DNA from: Spirochaetaceae bacterium
Lineage (GTDB): Bacteria > Spirochaetota > Spirochaetia > DSM-27196 > PWMO01
NCBI GenBank assembly: GCA_007693485.1
Contig: REDM01000165.1
Coordinates: 39,204-103,203 of the forward strand
Length of the DNA: 64,000 nucleotides
Direction of reading: 5' to 3'
Shown here: one piece after another, positions 27,724-36,371 of the stretch
How the letters are laid out: each line of letters opens with the position of its first letter
How positions within the stretch are numbered: position 1 is the stretch's first letter
Program-made: the position numbers and the translations under genes
Notes under the pieces: model-generated
Told to the model about the DNA's origin: nothing
Database searches by the model: none
What the model saw: only the letters and a program-made list of their open reading frames with translations

Positions 27724-29031
27724 TTAGAAGAGCACCCGAGCCGGGTTCTCCATCATCAGTTTGAGCTCGTGCATGAAGCGTGCGGCAGCAGCCCCGTCGA
27801 TCACGCGGTGATCGCTGGAGAGACTGAGCTTCATCATCGGCTTGACTACCACCTCGTCAGCGTCGTTCACCACCGGTGTTTTGACCGTCTCGCCCACCGC
27901 AAGAATTGCCGCACCGGGCGGGTTGATGATGGCGGTAAACTCCTCGATTCCAAAGGAACCGAGATTGCTGATGGTGAAGGTGGCGCCGGTGTACTCTTCG
28001 GGTTTCAGCGCGTTGTTCTGCGCCTTCTCGATGAGCACCTTGAGCTCGTTGTCGATGTCGGTCACACCGCGGTTTCCGCAGTTGCGGATGATCGGTGTGA
28101 TGAGGCCGTTTCCGGCGTCCACCGCAAGCCCGATGTCGATGCTGCCAAACTGCAGGATGTGATCGCCCTGCCACGATGAGTTGATCACCGGATGCCGCTT
28201 CAGCGCCTCGGCCACAAACTTGACGATGAAGGCGTTGAATCCGGCCTTCTGCGGAAGCTCACGGTTCAGCGCGGTCCGGGCCGCGATGACCTGCTCCATG
28301 TTGACCGAGGTCTTCACGTAGTAGTGCGGTGCCTGGAACTTGCTCTCGGCAAGCCGTTTCGCGATCACGGCGCGGCGCCCGCTGACCGAGATCTTCTGGT
28401 CGCCCGCCGGCTGTGAGGCTGCGCGCCCTGACGCCGCGGCGGCCTGTGGCTGGAACTCTTCTACGTCGCGCTTCACGACCCGTCCGTCGGGACCGCTTCC
28501 ACTCACCTGCGACAGGTCGATGTTCTTCATCTGCGCGATTTTGCGCGCCAGGGGAGACGCCTTGACGAAGCCATCGGTCGACCCAGTCGCGGCGGCGCCG
28601 GAGGAGGTCCCGCCCGACCCGGAGTCGGGTTTCTTCGCCTCACTGTTCGCATCCTTGGCCGCGTCTTTTCCATTCGACGAGGTATCTTTTTTCTGATCCG
28701 CTTTGTCGTCAGACGCTTTTTCGTCAGACTTGGAGGCGCTTTCGGCTTTGGTGCCGGAAGCGGCCGACGGCATCAGGTCGTCGTAGTCTTCGCCTTTCTC
28801 ACCGATGATGGCGATGACCTGCCCTACCGTCGCGGATTTGCCCTCCGGCAGGACGATCTTGAGCAGCACCCCTTCCTGGGTGGACTCGTAGTCCATGGTG
28901 GCCTTGTCGGTTTCTACCTCGCAGAGCACGTCACCGGAATTGACCGTGTCGCCCTCTTTTTTCTTCCACGCAACCAGCGTTCCCTCGTCCATCGTGGGAG
29001 AGAGCGCCGTCATCAGAATCTGTTCCGCCAT
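27724..29031 (-). CDS. Dihydrolipoamide acyltransferase (E2) of a 2-oxoacid dehydrogenase complex
   Basis: Lipoyl domain with EVETDKATMDYES, a Pro/Ala/Ser linker, E3-binding domain, and catalytic domain ending DHRVIDGA. Confidence 0.9.
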   Translation of the reverse strand: MAEQILMTALSPTMDEGTLVAWKKKEGDTVNSGDVLCEVETDKATMDYESTQEGVLLKIVLPEGKSATVGQVIAIIGEKGEDYDDLMPSAASGTKAESASKSDEKASDDKADQKKDTSSNGKDAAKDANSEAKKPDSGSGGTSSGAAATGSTDGFVKASPLARKIAQMKNIDLSQVSGSGPDGRVVKRDVEEFQPQAAAASGRAASQPAGDQKISVSGRRAVIAKRLAESKFQAPHYYVKTSVNMEQVIAARTALNRELPQKAGFNAFIVKFVAEALKRHPVINSSWQGDHILQFGSIDIGLAVDAGNGLITPIIRNCGNRGVTDIDNELKVLIEKAQNNALKPEEYTGATFTISNLGSFGIEEFTAIINPPGAAILAVGETVKTPVVNDADEVVVKPMMKLSLSSDHRVIDGAAAARFMHELKLMMENPARVLF

Positions 29032-29041
29032 TGTCTCCCTC

Positions 29042-30022
29042 CTATTTGATGTAGAGAACGGTCTTGACCGCCTTGATGATCTTTTCGACCGACGGTTGCA
29101 CCGCTAATTCCAGCTTGTGGTTGTAGGGCATGGGAACGTCTTCCGACGCGACCAGCTCAACCTGGGCATCCAACTCGTCGAAGCAGTTCCTGGACACCAG
29201 CCACGCGACGTGCGAGCCCACGCTCGCCATTGGCCAGGACTCGTCGATCACCACGCAGCGGTGGGTCTTGCGAACGCTCTCGTAGATCGCTTCTTCGTCC
29301 AGCGGACGAAGCGAGCGAAGGTCCAGGACCTCCGCGTGAATATCCTGCTTGGCGAGCTCGTCGGCCGCTTCCAGCGCCATTTTGAGCGGCTTGGAGTGTA
29401 CGATCAGCGTTACGTCGCTTCCTTCCCGCTTGATGTCGGCTTTGCCGATCGGGACCAGATACTCTTCGTCGGGAACTTCGCCGGTCCATCCATACGCCAT
29501 TTCTGATTCAAGCACGACCACGGGGTTATCGTCCCGGATGGCGCTCTTGAGCAACCCCTTCGCGTCGTAGGCGGTGGCGGGCGCAACAACCTTGAGTCCT
29601 GGCACGTGGACCAGGAAACTCTGAAACGCCTGCGAGTGCTGCGACGAGAGGAACTCGGCGGGGCCGTTGGGGCCACGGAAGACGATCGGGCACTTCAGCT
29701 GCCCGCCCGACATATGCCGCATTTTCGCGGCGTTGTTGATCACCTGATCAAGCGCGAGCAGGGCGAAGTTGAAGGTCATCCACTCCACCACCGGTCGCAG
29801 GCCCGCGATGGCCGCCCCCACACCCAGTCCGGTGAACCCAAGCTCCGCGATCGGGGTGTCGAGTACCCGTTTGGGACCGAAGGTGTCCAGAAGACCACGG
29901 GACACCTTATAGGCGCCGTTGTATTCGCCTACCTCTTCGCCCATGAGAAAGACGGTTTCGTCCCGGTTCATCTCTTCTTCGAGCGCCTGTCTCAGGGCGT
30001 CCCGAATTGCAATCTCAGCCAT
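29042..30022 (-). CDS. Pyruvate/2-oxoacid dehydrogenase E1 component beta subunit
   Basis: Transketolase-like pyrimidine-binding and C-terminal domains (FLMGEEVG...DTPIAE...). Confidence 0.9.
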   Translation of the reverse strand: MAEIAIRDALRQALEEEMNRDETVFLMGEEVGEYNGAYKVSRGLLDTFGPKRVLDTPIAELGFTGLGVGAAIAGLRPVVEWMTFNFALLALDQVINNAAKMRHMSGGQLKCPIVFRGPNGPAEFLSSQHSQAFQSFLVHVPGLKVVAPATAYDAKGLLKSAIRDDNPVVVLESEMAYGWTGEVPDEEYLVPIGKADIKREGSDVTLIVHSKPLKMALEAADELAKQDIHAEVLDLRSLRPLDEEAIYESVRKTHRCVVIDESWPMASVGSHVAWLVSRNCFDELDAQVELVASEDVPMPYNHKLELAVQPSVEKIIKAVKTVLYIK

Positions 30023-30045
30023 ATTGGGCCTCCACTCCTTCTCTG

Positions 30046-31050
30046 TTACGCGTAGATGTCTTCATACATGGTCTCAAGCGCCGGCTCTTCGCTCTTCTCA
30101 GCAAAGTCTACGGACGCCTGGGCGATCTTCTTCGCCTCGTCATCGAACTTCTTGAACTCGTCTTCGGTGATCTGCTTGTCCTTGAGCATGCGAGCCTTGA
30201 GCAGCAGGATGGGATCCTGCTCCTTATACTTTTCGAGCTCTTCCTTGGTCCGGTACTTGGCGGGGTCGCTCATCGAGTGGCCCTTGTACCGGTAGGTTTT
30301 GACATCGAGCAGCCACGGTCGGCTGTTCTTGCGCGCGTCGGCGATGACCTCTTTCAGGTCCTCGTAGAGCGAGAGCACGTCCATTCCGTTGACCACCTTG
30401 CCAGGGATGTCGTACCCGGCCGCCTTGACCGAGAAATCGTCAACCGACGAGACGCGGCGTACTGCCGTTCCCATTCCAAAATTGTTGTTCTCGACTATGT
30501 AGATCGCGGGCAGCTTCCAGACCGCGGCGAGGTTGAGCGACTCGTGGAACGCACCCTGGTGTATCGCTCCATCACCAAAATAGCAGAGCGTGACCCCGTC
30601 GGTGCCTTTGTACTTCGAGGCAAACGCGACGCCGGTTGCAATCGGGATCTGGGCGCCCACGATGCCGTTTCCGCCGAGCATGTGCCGCTCCGCGTCAAAC
30701 ATGTGCATCGATCCGCCTTTGCCTCGTGAGCAGCCGGTGATCTTGCCAAAGAGTTCTGCCATGACGGAGTCGGCGCTCATCCCGACCGCGAGAGCGTGCC
30801 CGTGGTCGCGATAGGAGGTGAGGATGTAGTCGCGTTTCAGATCGAGGGCCGCAACCGAACCAACGGCCACCGCTTCCTGACCGTTGTACAGGTGACAGAA
30901 TCCGCCGATCTTCTTCAAACCGTACATCTGCGCGGCTTTTTCTTCAAACCGGCGGATGTTCAGCATGTCGACGAGTAGACCGGTGAGAAATTTCTTGTCG
31001 TACTTCTGCGGGGATTCCGATTTCTTCGATGATTCCTGGTTTTTTGCCAT
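30046..31050 (-). CDS. Pyruvate/2-oxoacid dehydrogenase E1 component alpha subunit
   Basis: ThDP motif region YFGDGAIHQGAFHESLNLAAVWKLPAIYIVENN, and YRYKGHSMSDP phospho-loop-like block. Confidence 0.9.
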   Translation of the reverse strand: MAKNQESSKKSESPQKYDKKFLTGLLVDMLNIRRFEEKAAQMYGLKKIGGFCHLYNGQEAVAVGSVAALDLKRDYILTSYRDHGHALAVGMSADSVMAELFGKITGCSRGKGGSMHMFDAERHMLGGNGIVGAQIPIATGVAFASKYKGTDGVTLCYFGDGAIHQGAFHESLNLAAVWKLPAIYIVENNNFGMGTAVRRVSSVDDFSVKAAGYDIPGKVVNGMDVLSLYEDLKEVIADARKNSRPWLLDVKTYRYKGHSMSDPAKYRTKEELEKYKEQDPILLLKARMLKDKQITEDEFKKFDDEAKKIAQASVDFAEKSEEPALETMYEDIYA

Positions 31051-31066
31051 CAGGTGTCTCCTTGAG

Positions 31067-31507
31067 TCAGCGTACCGTAGCAGTGAAGGATTCGTCGGTC
31101 ATCGGCTTGGTGTAACAGCACTCTTCGATCACCGTTTCCAGAACCACCATGTTCGATGGATCGGGGTTTTTCTTCCAGAACGTCCCGAGCCGGCCACCGA
31201 GTGCTTCGAGCACATCGGCTTTCAACGCCGGGTTATCCACCAGGAGGGCCTTGCCGCGAACGCGCAGGATTTCCTGAAGCCCGGGGCCCTGGATCATCCA
31301 CTCAACTTCCGGATGCTGCTTCAGCTGCGCCGTCTTGGCGAAATCAGGCGCCGTCAGTGCGTAGAGAAAGCCGTCCCTGCCGCGGATCAGCGCGGGGGTC
31401 ATCCAGCGAAGCCGGGGGGTGGCTTGCGCATCCATGTTCGCCAGTACGGCAACCTTCGATTTATCAATGAGTCGTTCCAACACATCGAACATCGCTTTGA
31501 TGTCCAT
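31067..31507 (-). CDS. Pyridoxamine 5'-phosphate oxidase-like (FMN-binding split barrel / general stress protein 26-like) protein
   Basis: Size and pattern (VAVLANMD...PRLRWM...) resemble the PNPOx-like family. Start moved to ATG 31507, which has AGGAGG 6 nt upstream. Lies 16 nt upstream of the E1 alpha gene. Confidence 0.55.
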   Translation of the reverse strand: MDIKAMFDVLERLIDKSKVAVLANMDAQATPRLRWMTPALIRGRDGFLYALTAPDFAKTAQLKQHPEVEWMIQGPGLQEILRVRGKALLVDNPALKADVLEALGGRLGTFWKKNPDPSNMVVLETVIEECCYTKPMTDESFTATVR

Positions 31508-31757
31508 CTTGCCCTCCTTGAGCGAGATCCGTAGCACGTGCTCGCGGGCGGTACGCCGCGAGATTGAGTGAAACCAGGTGGAGATGGGAAAGAATGCTCC
31601 CGTTCCGACACGGTATGCGTCTAATGTAACCATTTGCCGGTTTTTTTCAAGCCATACTTTGCCGGGAAACCGACTTCGCAGCGCTTTCCTGACTATTTCT
31701 GTCGTGAATTCTTCGCCGATCTTCGCTGAATATCTGTACTTTTGATACGCGACTTAG

Positions 31758-31763
31758 TATAAT
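31758..31763 (+). promoter_or_regulatory. Consensus -10 hexamer TATAAT upstream of nqrB (weak -35 TGTACT at 17-nt spacing)
   Basis: Read from the AT-rich divergent region. The only perfect -10 hexamer I noticed in this stretch. Confidence 0.3.
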
Positions 31764-31793
31764 CCGCAATAGGATAAAATAGTATCTATATAG

Positions 31794-32774
31794 ATGAAAC
31801 AGATTTCTTTTCAGGGAGGCATCGTGTACAAAGACCTGTTCATCAAACAGCCCATCATGCGCAAGGTGATCTACTCGCTCGTTCCGATCTATCTGTTCTC
31901 CCTGTACAACTACGGGTGGCGGGTACTGGCGCTGAGTGCGGTAATCTTCCCCTTGGGTATCCTTACCGAGTACGTGGTGGAGAAAACCCGCGGCAAGAAA
32001 GTAAGCGAAGCGGTTCTGGTAACCTGCATGCTCTTCGTGCTTATCCTCCCGCCGGCCATCCCACTCTGGATTGCCGCGGTCGGAATCATCTTCGGCGTTT
32101 TTTTCGCGAAGGAAGTGTACGGTGGCTTCGGTCGGAACATCTTCAACCCCGCCATCTCGGCGCGGATCTTCGTCTGGATCTCGTTTCCGGCCATCTTCGC
32201 CAACGGATTCATGCGTCCCGGAGCGTTCGGCACTCTCAGTCAAGCCGGTATTGACGCGGTTTCCGCGGGCACGCCGCTTGCCCTTCTCGACCGTGGAGAG
32301 GTACCGGCCTTCATGGACGTACTGCTCGGGTTTACCGGCGGATCCATGGGGGAAACCTCGGCAGTGCTCATTATTCTCGCCGGAATCTATCTGGTTATCA
32401 CCAAGACCGCGCAGTGGCGGCTGATCGTCGGTACGCTGATCGGCGCCGGAGGCGTGATGACCGCGCTCTATTATTCCGGAATGTCTCCAAACTACCCACC
32501 CGAGTATGCGATTCTTTCGGGCAGCATTCTGTTTGTGGCGGTGTTCATGTCGACCGATCCGGTGAGCGCACCCAACAAGCCGGTCGCCCAGTGGCTCTAC
32601 GGAATCATCATCGGTGCGGTCTCCATCATCATTCGAAACCTTGCAGGGTTTCCGGAAGGAACGAGCTTCGGGGTGCTGATTGGTAACGTATTTGCGTCCC
32701 TGCTCGATGAACTCGTGACCAAGAAAAAGAAGGCGGCTCCCGTCCCGGCGACCGCCGAAGGGGTAAAGGCATGA
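31794..32774 (+). CDS. nqrB: Na+-translocating NADH:quinone reductase subunit B (compact, RnfD-sized)
   Basis: LPPAIPLWIAAVGIIFGVFFAKEVYGGFGRNIFNPA, FMN-site-like GGSMGETS, MSTDPVS. An in-frame GTG at 31824 with GGGAGG 4 nt upstream is a likely alternative start. Confidence 0.85.
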   Translation: MKQISFQGGIVYKDLFIKQPIMRKVIYSLVPIYLFSLYNYGWRVLALSAVIFPLGILTEYVVEKTRGKKVSEAVLVTCMLFVLILPPAIPLWIAAVGIIFGVFFAKEVYGGFGRNIFNPAISARIFVWISFPAIFANGFMRPGAFGTLSQAGIDAVSAGTPLALLDRGEVPAFMDVLLGFTGGSMGETSAVLIILAGIYLVITKTAQWRLIVGTLIGAGGVMTALYYSGMSPNYPPEYAILSGSILFVAVFMSTDPVSAPNKPVAQWLYGIIIGAVSIIIRNLAGFPEGTSFGVLIGNVFASLLDELVTKKKKAAPVPATAEGVKA

Positions 32775-33370
32775 ACAAGCAGAGCCTGGGATATACCATC
32801 GTCTTTTCGTTCATCGTCTGTTTTGCTTTTGTTCTGGTGCTCTCGGTAACGCATCAGGCAACTCGTGATCAGGTGCAGCTGAATCAGGAGCTCCGCACCA
32901 AGCGGGCCGTCCTGCGAGCCCTGACGATCGAGTTCCAGAATGATGAAGAGGTACTCGAACTCTTCGCCGAAATCGAGACCGTGACGCGCGACGGCATGGA
33001 ACTCTTTCGCTTGACGCAAGACGGCGAGACCCGCTATGCCGGCATCTTCGGCGGCGCCGGCCTCTGGGGACCGATCAACATCACGCTGGCCGTAGACGGA
33101 AGCGTTGAGACGATCATCGGCCTCGACATCATTGATCACAATGAGACCCCGGGCCTCGGCGGCCGGATCGACGAGCGCTGGTTTCAGGAGCAGTTCCGCG
33201 GGCTTCGGCTGGTTGACGGCGGGTTGCAGCTGATCCGCGATGGAAACACCGAAGGCGAAGACGGCAAAGCCGACGCCATCACCGGGGCCACCGGAACCTC
33301 AATGTCGATGGATCGAATACTCAATCAGACACTGCGCGATCTTCGCAGCGCGCTTGGGGGTGAAGCATGA
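32771..33370 (+). CDS. nqrC: Na+-translocating NADH:quinone reductase subunit C
   Basis: N-terminal TM helix, GLWGPI, HNETPGLGGRI, covalent-FMN-type motif ITGATGTS. ATGA overlap. Confidence 0.85.
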   Translation: MNKQSLGYTIVFSFIVCFAFVLVLSVTHQATRDQVQLNQELRTKRAVLRALTIEFQNDEEVLELFAEIETVTRDGMELFRLTQDGETRYAGIFGGAGLWGPINITLAVDGSVETIIGLDIIDHNETPGLGGRIDERWFQEQFRGLRLVDGGLQLIRDGNTEGEDGKADAITGATGTSMSMDRILNQTLRDLRSALGGEA

Positions 33371-33990
33371 GCGATACTGCGGTCAAGGATCCAGGTGCGA
33401 TTCTCAAGACCAATCTCTGGACGTCTAATCCTATTTTTGTGCAGGTGCTCGGGATCTGTTCGGCTCTGGCCGTGACCAACCTGCTGACCAACACGATGAT
33501 CATGACGGTGGGAGTGGTCTTTACCACCGCGATGTCGAGTCTGACGGTCTCGCTGATGAAGAGTTTCATCCCACGCAAGGTGCGGATGGTGGTACAGACC
33601 CTCATCATCGCGTTCTACGTGATCATCGTGGACATCGTGTTGCGAGCATACCTTCCCGAGGTAAGCCGCAACCTGGGACCCTACGTCGGCCTCATTATCA
33701 CCAACTGCATCATCATGGGTCGCGCCGAGGCGTTCGCGCAGAGCAACGGCCCCATCCTTTCGTTCTGGGACGGCATGACCTCCGGCCTGGGTTACATGGG
33801 CGTGCTGCTCGCCATTGCCTTTGTACGGGAACTGTTGGGATTTGGAAGCCTTTTCGGCATGCGCATCTTTCCCGAAGGATTCACTCCGTGGACAATCATG
33901 GTCATGCCCCCGAGCGCATTCTTTCTGATCGGGCTTATCGTCTGGGTTGGAAAGACCATCATGCACCGGCAGGGCGAGCCGGTCACCTAA
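33367..33990 (+). CDS. nqrD: Na+-translocating NADH:quinone reductase subunit D
   Basis: NPIFVQVLGICSALAVT and VGLIITNCIIMGRAEAFA are close to Vibrio NqrD as I remember it. ATGA overlap. Confidence 0.9.
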   Translation: MSDTAVKDPGAILKTNLWTSNPIFVQVLGICSALAVTNLLTNTMIMTVGVVFTTAMSSLTVSLMKSFIPRKVRMVVQTLIIAFYVIIVDIVLRAYLPEVSRNLGPYVGLIITNCIIMGRAEAFAQSNGPILSFWDGMTSGLGYMGVLLAIAFVRELLGFGSLFGMRIFPEGFTPWTIMVMPPSAFFLIGLIVWVGKTIMHRQGEPVT

Positions 33991-34000
33991 GGAGCACAGC

Positions 34001-34594
34001 ATGGCACCAGCAATTCATCCGATTTCGCTCTTTTTTGCATCGATCTTCACCAGCAACATCCTATTGGCAAACTTCCTGGGGATGTGCTCGTTCATCGCCA
34101 TCTCCAAGGATTCCAAGTCGTCAAATGGGCTCGGCCTGGCGGTCGTCGTGGTGCTCACAATCACGACCGCGCTGAACTGGGTAGTTCTGAACTACGTCCT
34201 CGTTCCGCTTGACCTGGTCTACCTGCGGTTCATTGTATTCATCATCGTGATCGCCTCGGTGGTGCAGATGCTGGAAATGATCATCGATCGGGTCTCGCAG
34301 ACGCTCTACCTGAGTCTCGGGATCTTCCTGCCGCTGATCACGGTGAACTGCGCCATCCTGGGTGTGTCGCTCTTCATGGAGATCCGCCAGTACAGCTTCA
34401 TCCAGTCGGCAATCTACGGCTTTGGATCCGGCCTCGGGTGGTGGCTCGCCATCATGGCGCTTTCGGCAATCCGCAAGAAGACCGAGAAGTCCAAGGTGCA
34501 CGCGGGACTCCAGGGCGCGGGACTGACGTTTATCACCATCGGCTTCATGGCGATGGCCTTCATCGGCTTTGCGGGTCTCCTGCAGGTCCAGTAA
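34001..34594 (+). CDS. nqrE: Na+-translocating NADH:quinone reductase subunit E
   Basis: FLGMCSF, LGIFLPLITVNCAILG, YGFGSGLGW. Start at ATG 34001 with an AAGGAG SD. Confidence 0.9.
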   Translation: MAPAIHPISLFFASIFTSNILLANFLGMCSFIAISKDSKSSNGLGLAVVVVLTITTALNWVVLNYVLVPLDLVYLRFIVFIIVIASVVQMLEMIIDRVSQTLYLSLGIFLPLITVNCAILGVSLFMEIRQYSFIQSAIYGFGSGLGWWLAIMALSAIRKKTEKSKVHAGLQGAGLTFITIGFMAMAFIGFAGLLQVQ

Positions 34595-34612
34595 CGAAAA
34601 AGGAGTACCGCT

Positions 34613-35737
34613 TTGAATCTTGCCTATTTTGTCGCGCCACTGGCTGTCTCCGGCATCAGCGCCGCACTCGCCGCCCTGATCTCGATCACCGACCGGATTG
34701 TCAACAACTACGGCGAGGTAACGATCGACGTAAACTCCGGTTCCAAGAAACTGGAAGTCAACGGCGGGGCCAATCTTCTGGTTACCCTGGCGGAAAGCGG
34801 CATCTTCGTGCCGTCGGCATGCGGCGGGCGCGGAAGCTGCGGAGAGTGTAAGGTGAAGGTGAACTCGGATGTCGGTCCCCACCTTCCAACCGAGATCCCC
34901 TACCTCGACAAGGACCAGATCCAGAATAATGTGCGTCTGTCGTGTCAGGTCAAGTTGAAGACTGACATCGGCATCGAAATCCCCGAGTACCTCTTCAAGA
35001 TCAAACAGTACACGGGAACCGTAGAGCGAATCCGCGACGTGACGCACGACATCAAAGAGGTCTACTTCAAACTCGACGATGGACAGACGGTTGACTTCCG
35101 GGCCGGTCAGTACGGCCAGATCGAGGTACCGCCCTACGACAAGGTGAAGGATCGCACCCAGCGCGCGTACAGCATGTCCTCCGTCCCCAGCGACACCAAC
35201 CACGTGGAGTTCCTTGTCCGCCTGGTGCCCGGTGGAATTGTGACCACCTACGTACACGATCGCCTGAAAGAGGGCGAAAAAATGAAGGTGATCGCGCCGT
35301 TTGGGGAGTTTTACGTTCGGGAAACCGATGCTACAATGATCTGTGTGGCAGGGGGCTCGGGCATGGCGCCCTTCAAGTCGATCTTCTACGACTTCATCGA
35401 GAAAGACAAGATGAAGGACCGGGACATCTGGTACTTCTTCGGCGCGCGAACCAAGAAGGATCTTTTCTATCTGGACGAGCTGGAGAAGATGCAGAACGAG
35501 CACGAGCGGTTCCACTTTGTAGCCGCACTGTCCGAGCCGCAGCCGGAAGACGAGTGGGAAGGCGAGACCGGGCTCATTACCGAAGTCCTCGGCCGGTACC
35601 TGAAGGAAGAGATCTCGCAGGAGAAACCCAAAGAAGGGTATCTGTGTGGAAGCCCCGGTATGCTCGACGCGTGCATGGCCGTCATGCGCGAACACGGCAT
35701 GACCGAAGATAAGATCTACTTTGATAAATTTGCGTAA
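34613..35737 (+). CDS. nqrF: Na+-translocating NADH:quinone reductase subunit F
   Basis: N-terminal TM helix, plant-type 2Fe-2S motif CGGRGSCGECKV...C, FAD block RAYSMSS, NAD(H) block VAGGSGMAP. TTG start with an AGGAG SD. Confidence 0.9.
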   Translation: MNLAYFVAPLAVSGISAALAALISITDRIVNNYGEVTIDVNSGSKKLEVNGGANLLVTLAESGIFVPSACGGRGSCGECKVKVNSDVGPHLPTEIPYLDKDQIQNNVRLSCQVKLKTDIGIEIPEYLFKIKQYTGTVERIRDVTHDIKEVYFKLDDGQTVDFRAGQYGQIEVPPYDKVKDRTQRAYSMSSVPSDTNHVEFLVRLVPGGIVTTYVHDRLKEGEKMKVIAPFGEFYVRETDATMICVAGGSGMAPFKSIFYDFIEKDKMKDRDIWYFFGARTKKDLFYLDELEKMQNEHERFHFVAALSEPQPEDEWEGETGLITEVLGRYLKEEISQEKPKEGYLCGSPGMLDACMAVMREHGMTEDKIYFDKFA

Positions 35738-35752
35738 CCACGAGGTGCCGTT

Positions 35753-36217
35753 ATGAAGATGTCTCCGGAATACAGCAAGGCGCAGGCAAACATGCAACCT
35801 GGCGTGATTACCGCCGACGGTTTCCTCGGCGATGACAAGCGACCGATTGTCGACATCATTGCGGACGACGAGGCAACCATGGAAACCCTCGGCGTCAGCT
35901 TCGACGAGGCGGTCGCACGGATGCGCCACCTCATGGAAGAAGGCCGTAAGGGTCTCGAAGAGCCGGTGACCGTAGACGGCAACTGGATCGTCCGCGTCAG
36001 TGAAGCGCGCGGCTTCCTCCCCTCTCCGTTTGAAGATGGAATCTTTCGAAAGGTCAACGCCCAGGTGGAGCTGATGCAGAACGGCACGCCGACCGGCGAG
36101 TCCGTTCTCTACTCGGAGCTCGGCATGCACCTCCTCGAGAAGTACCACTTCATGCAGGGGGTTGGTGCTGCCTTCCGTATGGACCCGGAGCGGCTGAAGC
36201 GGGTGCTTCAGTTGTAA
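35753..36217 (+). CDS. Hypothetical soluble protein (154 aa), last cistron of the nqr transcription unit
   Basis: Starts 16 nt after the nqrF stop with a GAGGTG SD-like element, and is followed by an intrinsic terminator. No motif I recognise. Confidence 0.6.
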   Translation: MKMSPEYSKAQANMQPGVITADGFLGDDKRPIVDIIADDEATMETLGVSFDEAVARMRHLMEEGRKGLEEPVTVDGNWIVRVSEARGFLPSPFEDGIFRKVNAQVELMQNGTPTGESVLYSELGMHLLEKYHFMQGVGAAFRMDPERLKRVLQL

Positions 36218-36244
36218 TCAGAACGACTCGAGGCGTGCTTGAGT

Positions 36245-36280
36245 GCGCGACGCTTCCCCGGAGGCGCGCGCGTTTTTTTT
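36245..36280 (+). terminator. Rho-independent terminator (GC-rich interrupted stem followed by T8)
   Basis: gcgcg-a-cgcttc / gaggcg-cgcgc stem followed by tttttttt, 28 nt after the stop at 36217. Confidence 0.7.
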
Positions 36281-36300
36281 GCCAACCGCGCAAACATCTA

Positions 36301-36329
36301 TTGCATTTTTACTCCAATAATGCTAACAT
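36301..36329 (+). promoter_or_regulatory. Candidate promoter (TTGCAT - 17 nt - TAACAT) for the GGDEF-EAL regulator gene
   Basis: Hexamers and spacing read from the AT-richer segment directly after the terminator. Confidence 0.35.
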
Positions 36330-36371
36330 CGTTACTATGCGAATTTGCAGCAGCGGGCGGCAGGTTTAGAC

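Noticed and set aside
34121-36148. 675-aa ORF on the minus strand
   Set aside because: It is entirely antisense to nqrE, nqrF and the downstream ORF, which have clear family motifs. It has the His/Asp/Val/Arg-rich composition typical of shadow ORFs in GC-rich DNA, and no SD or recognisable domain.
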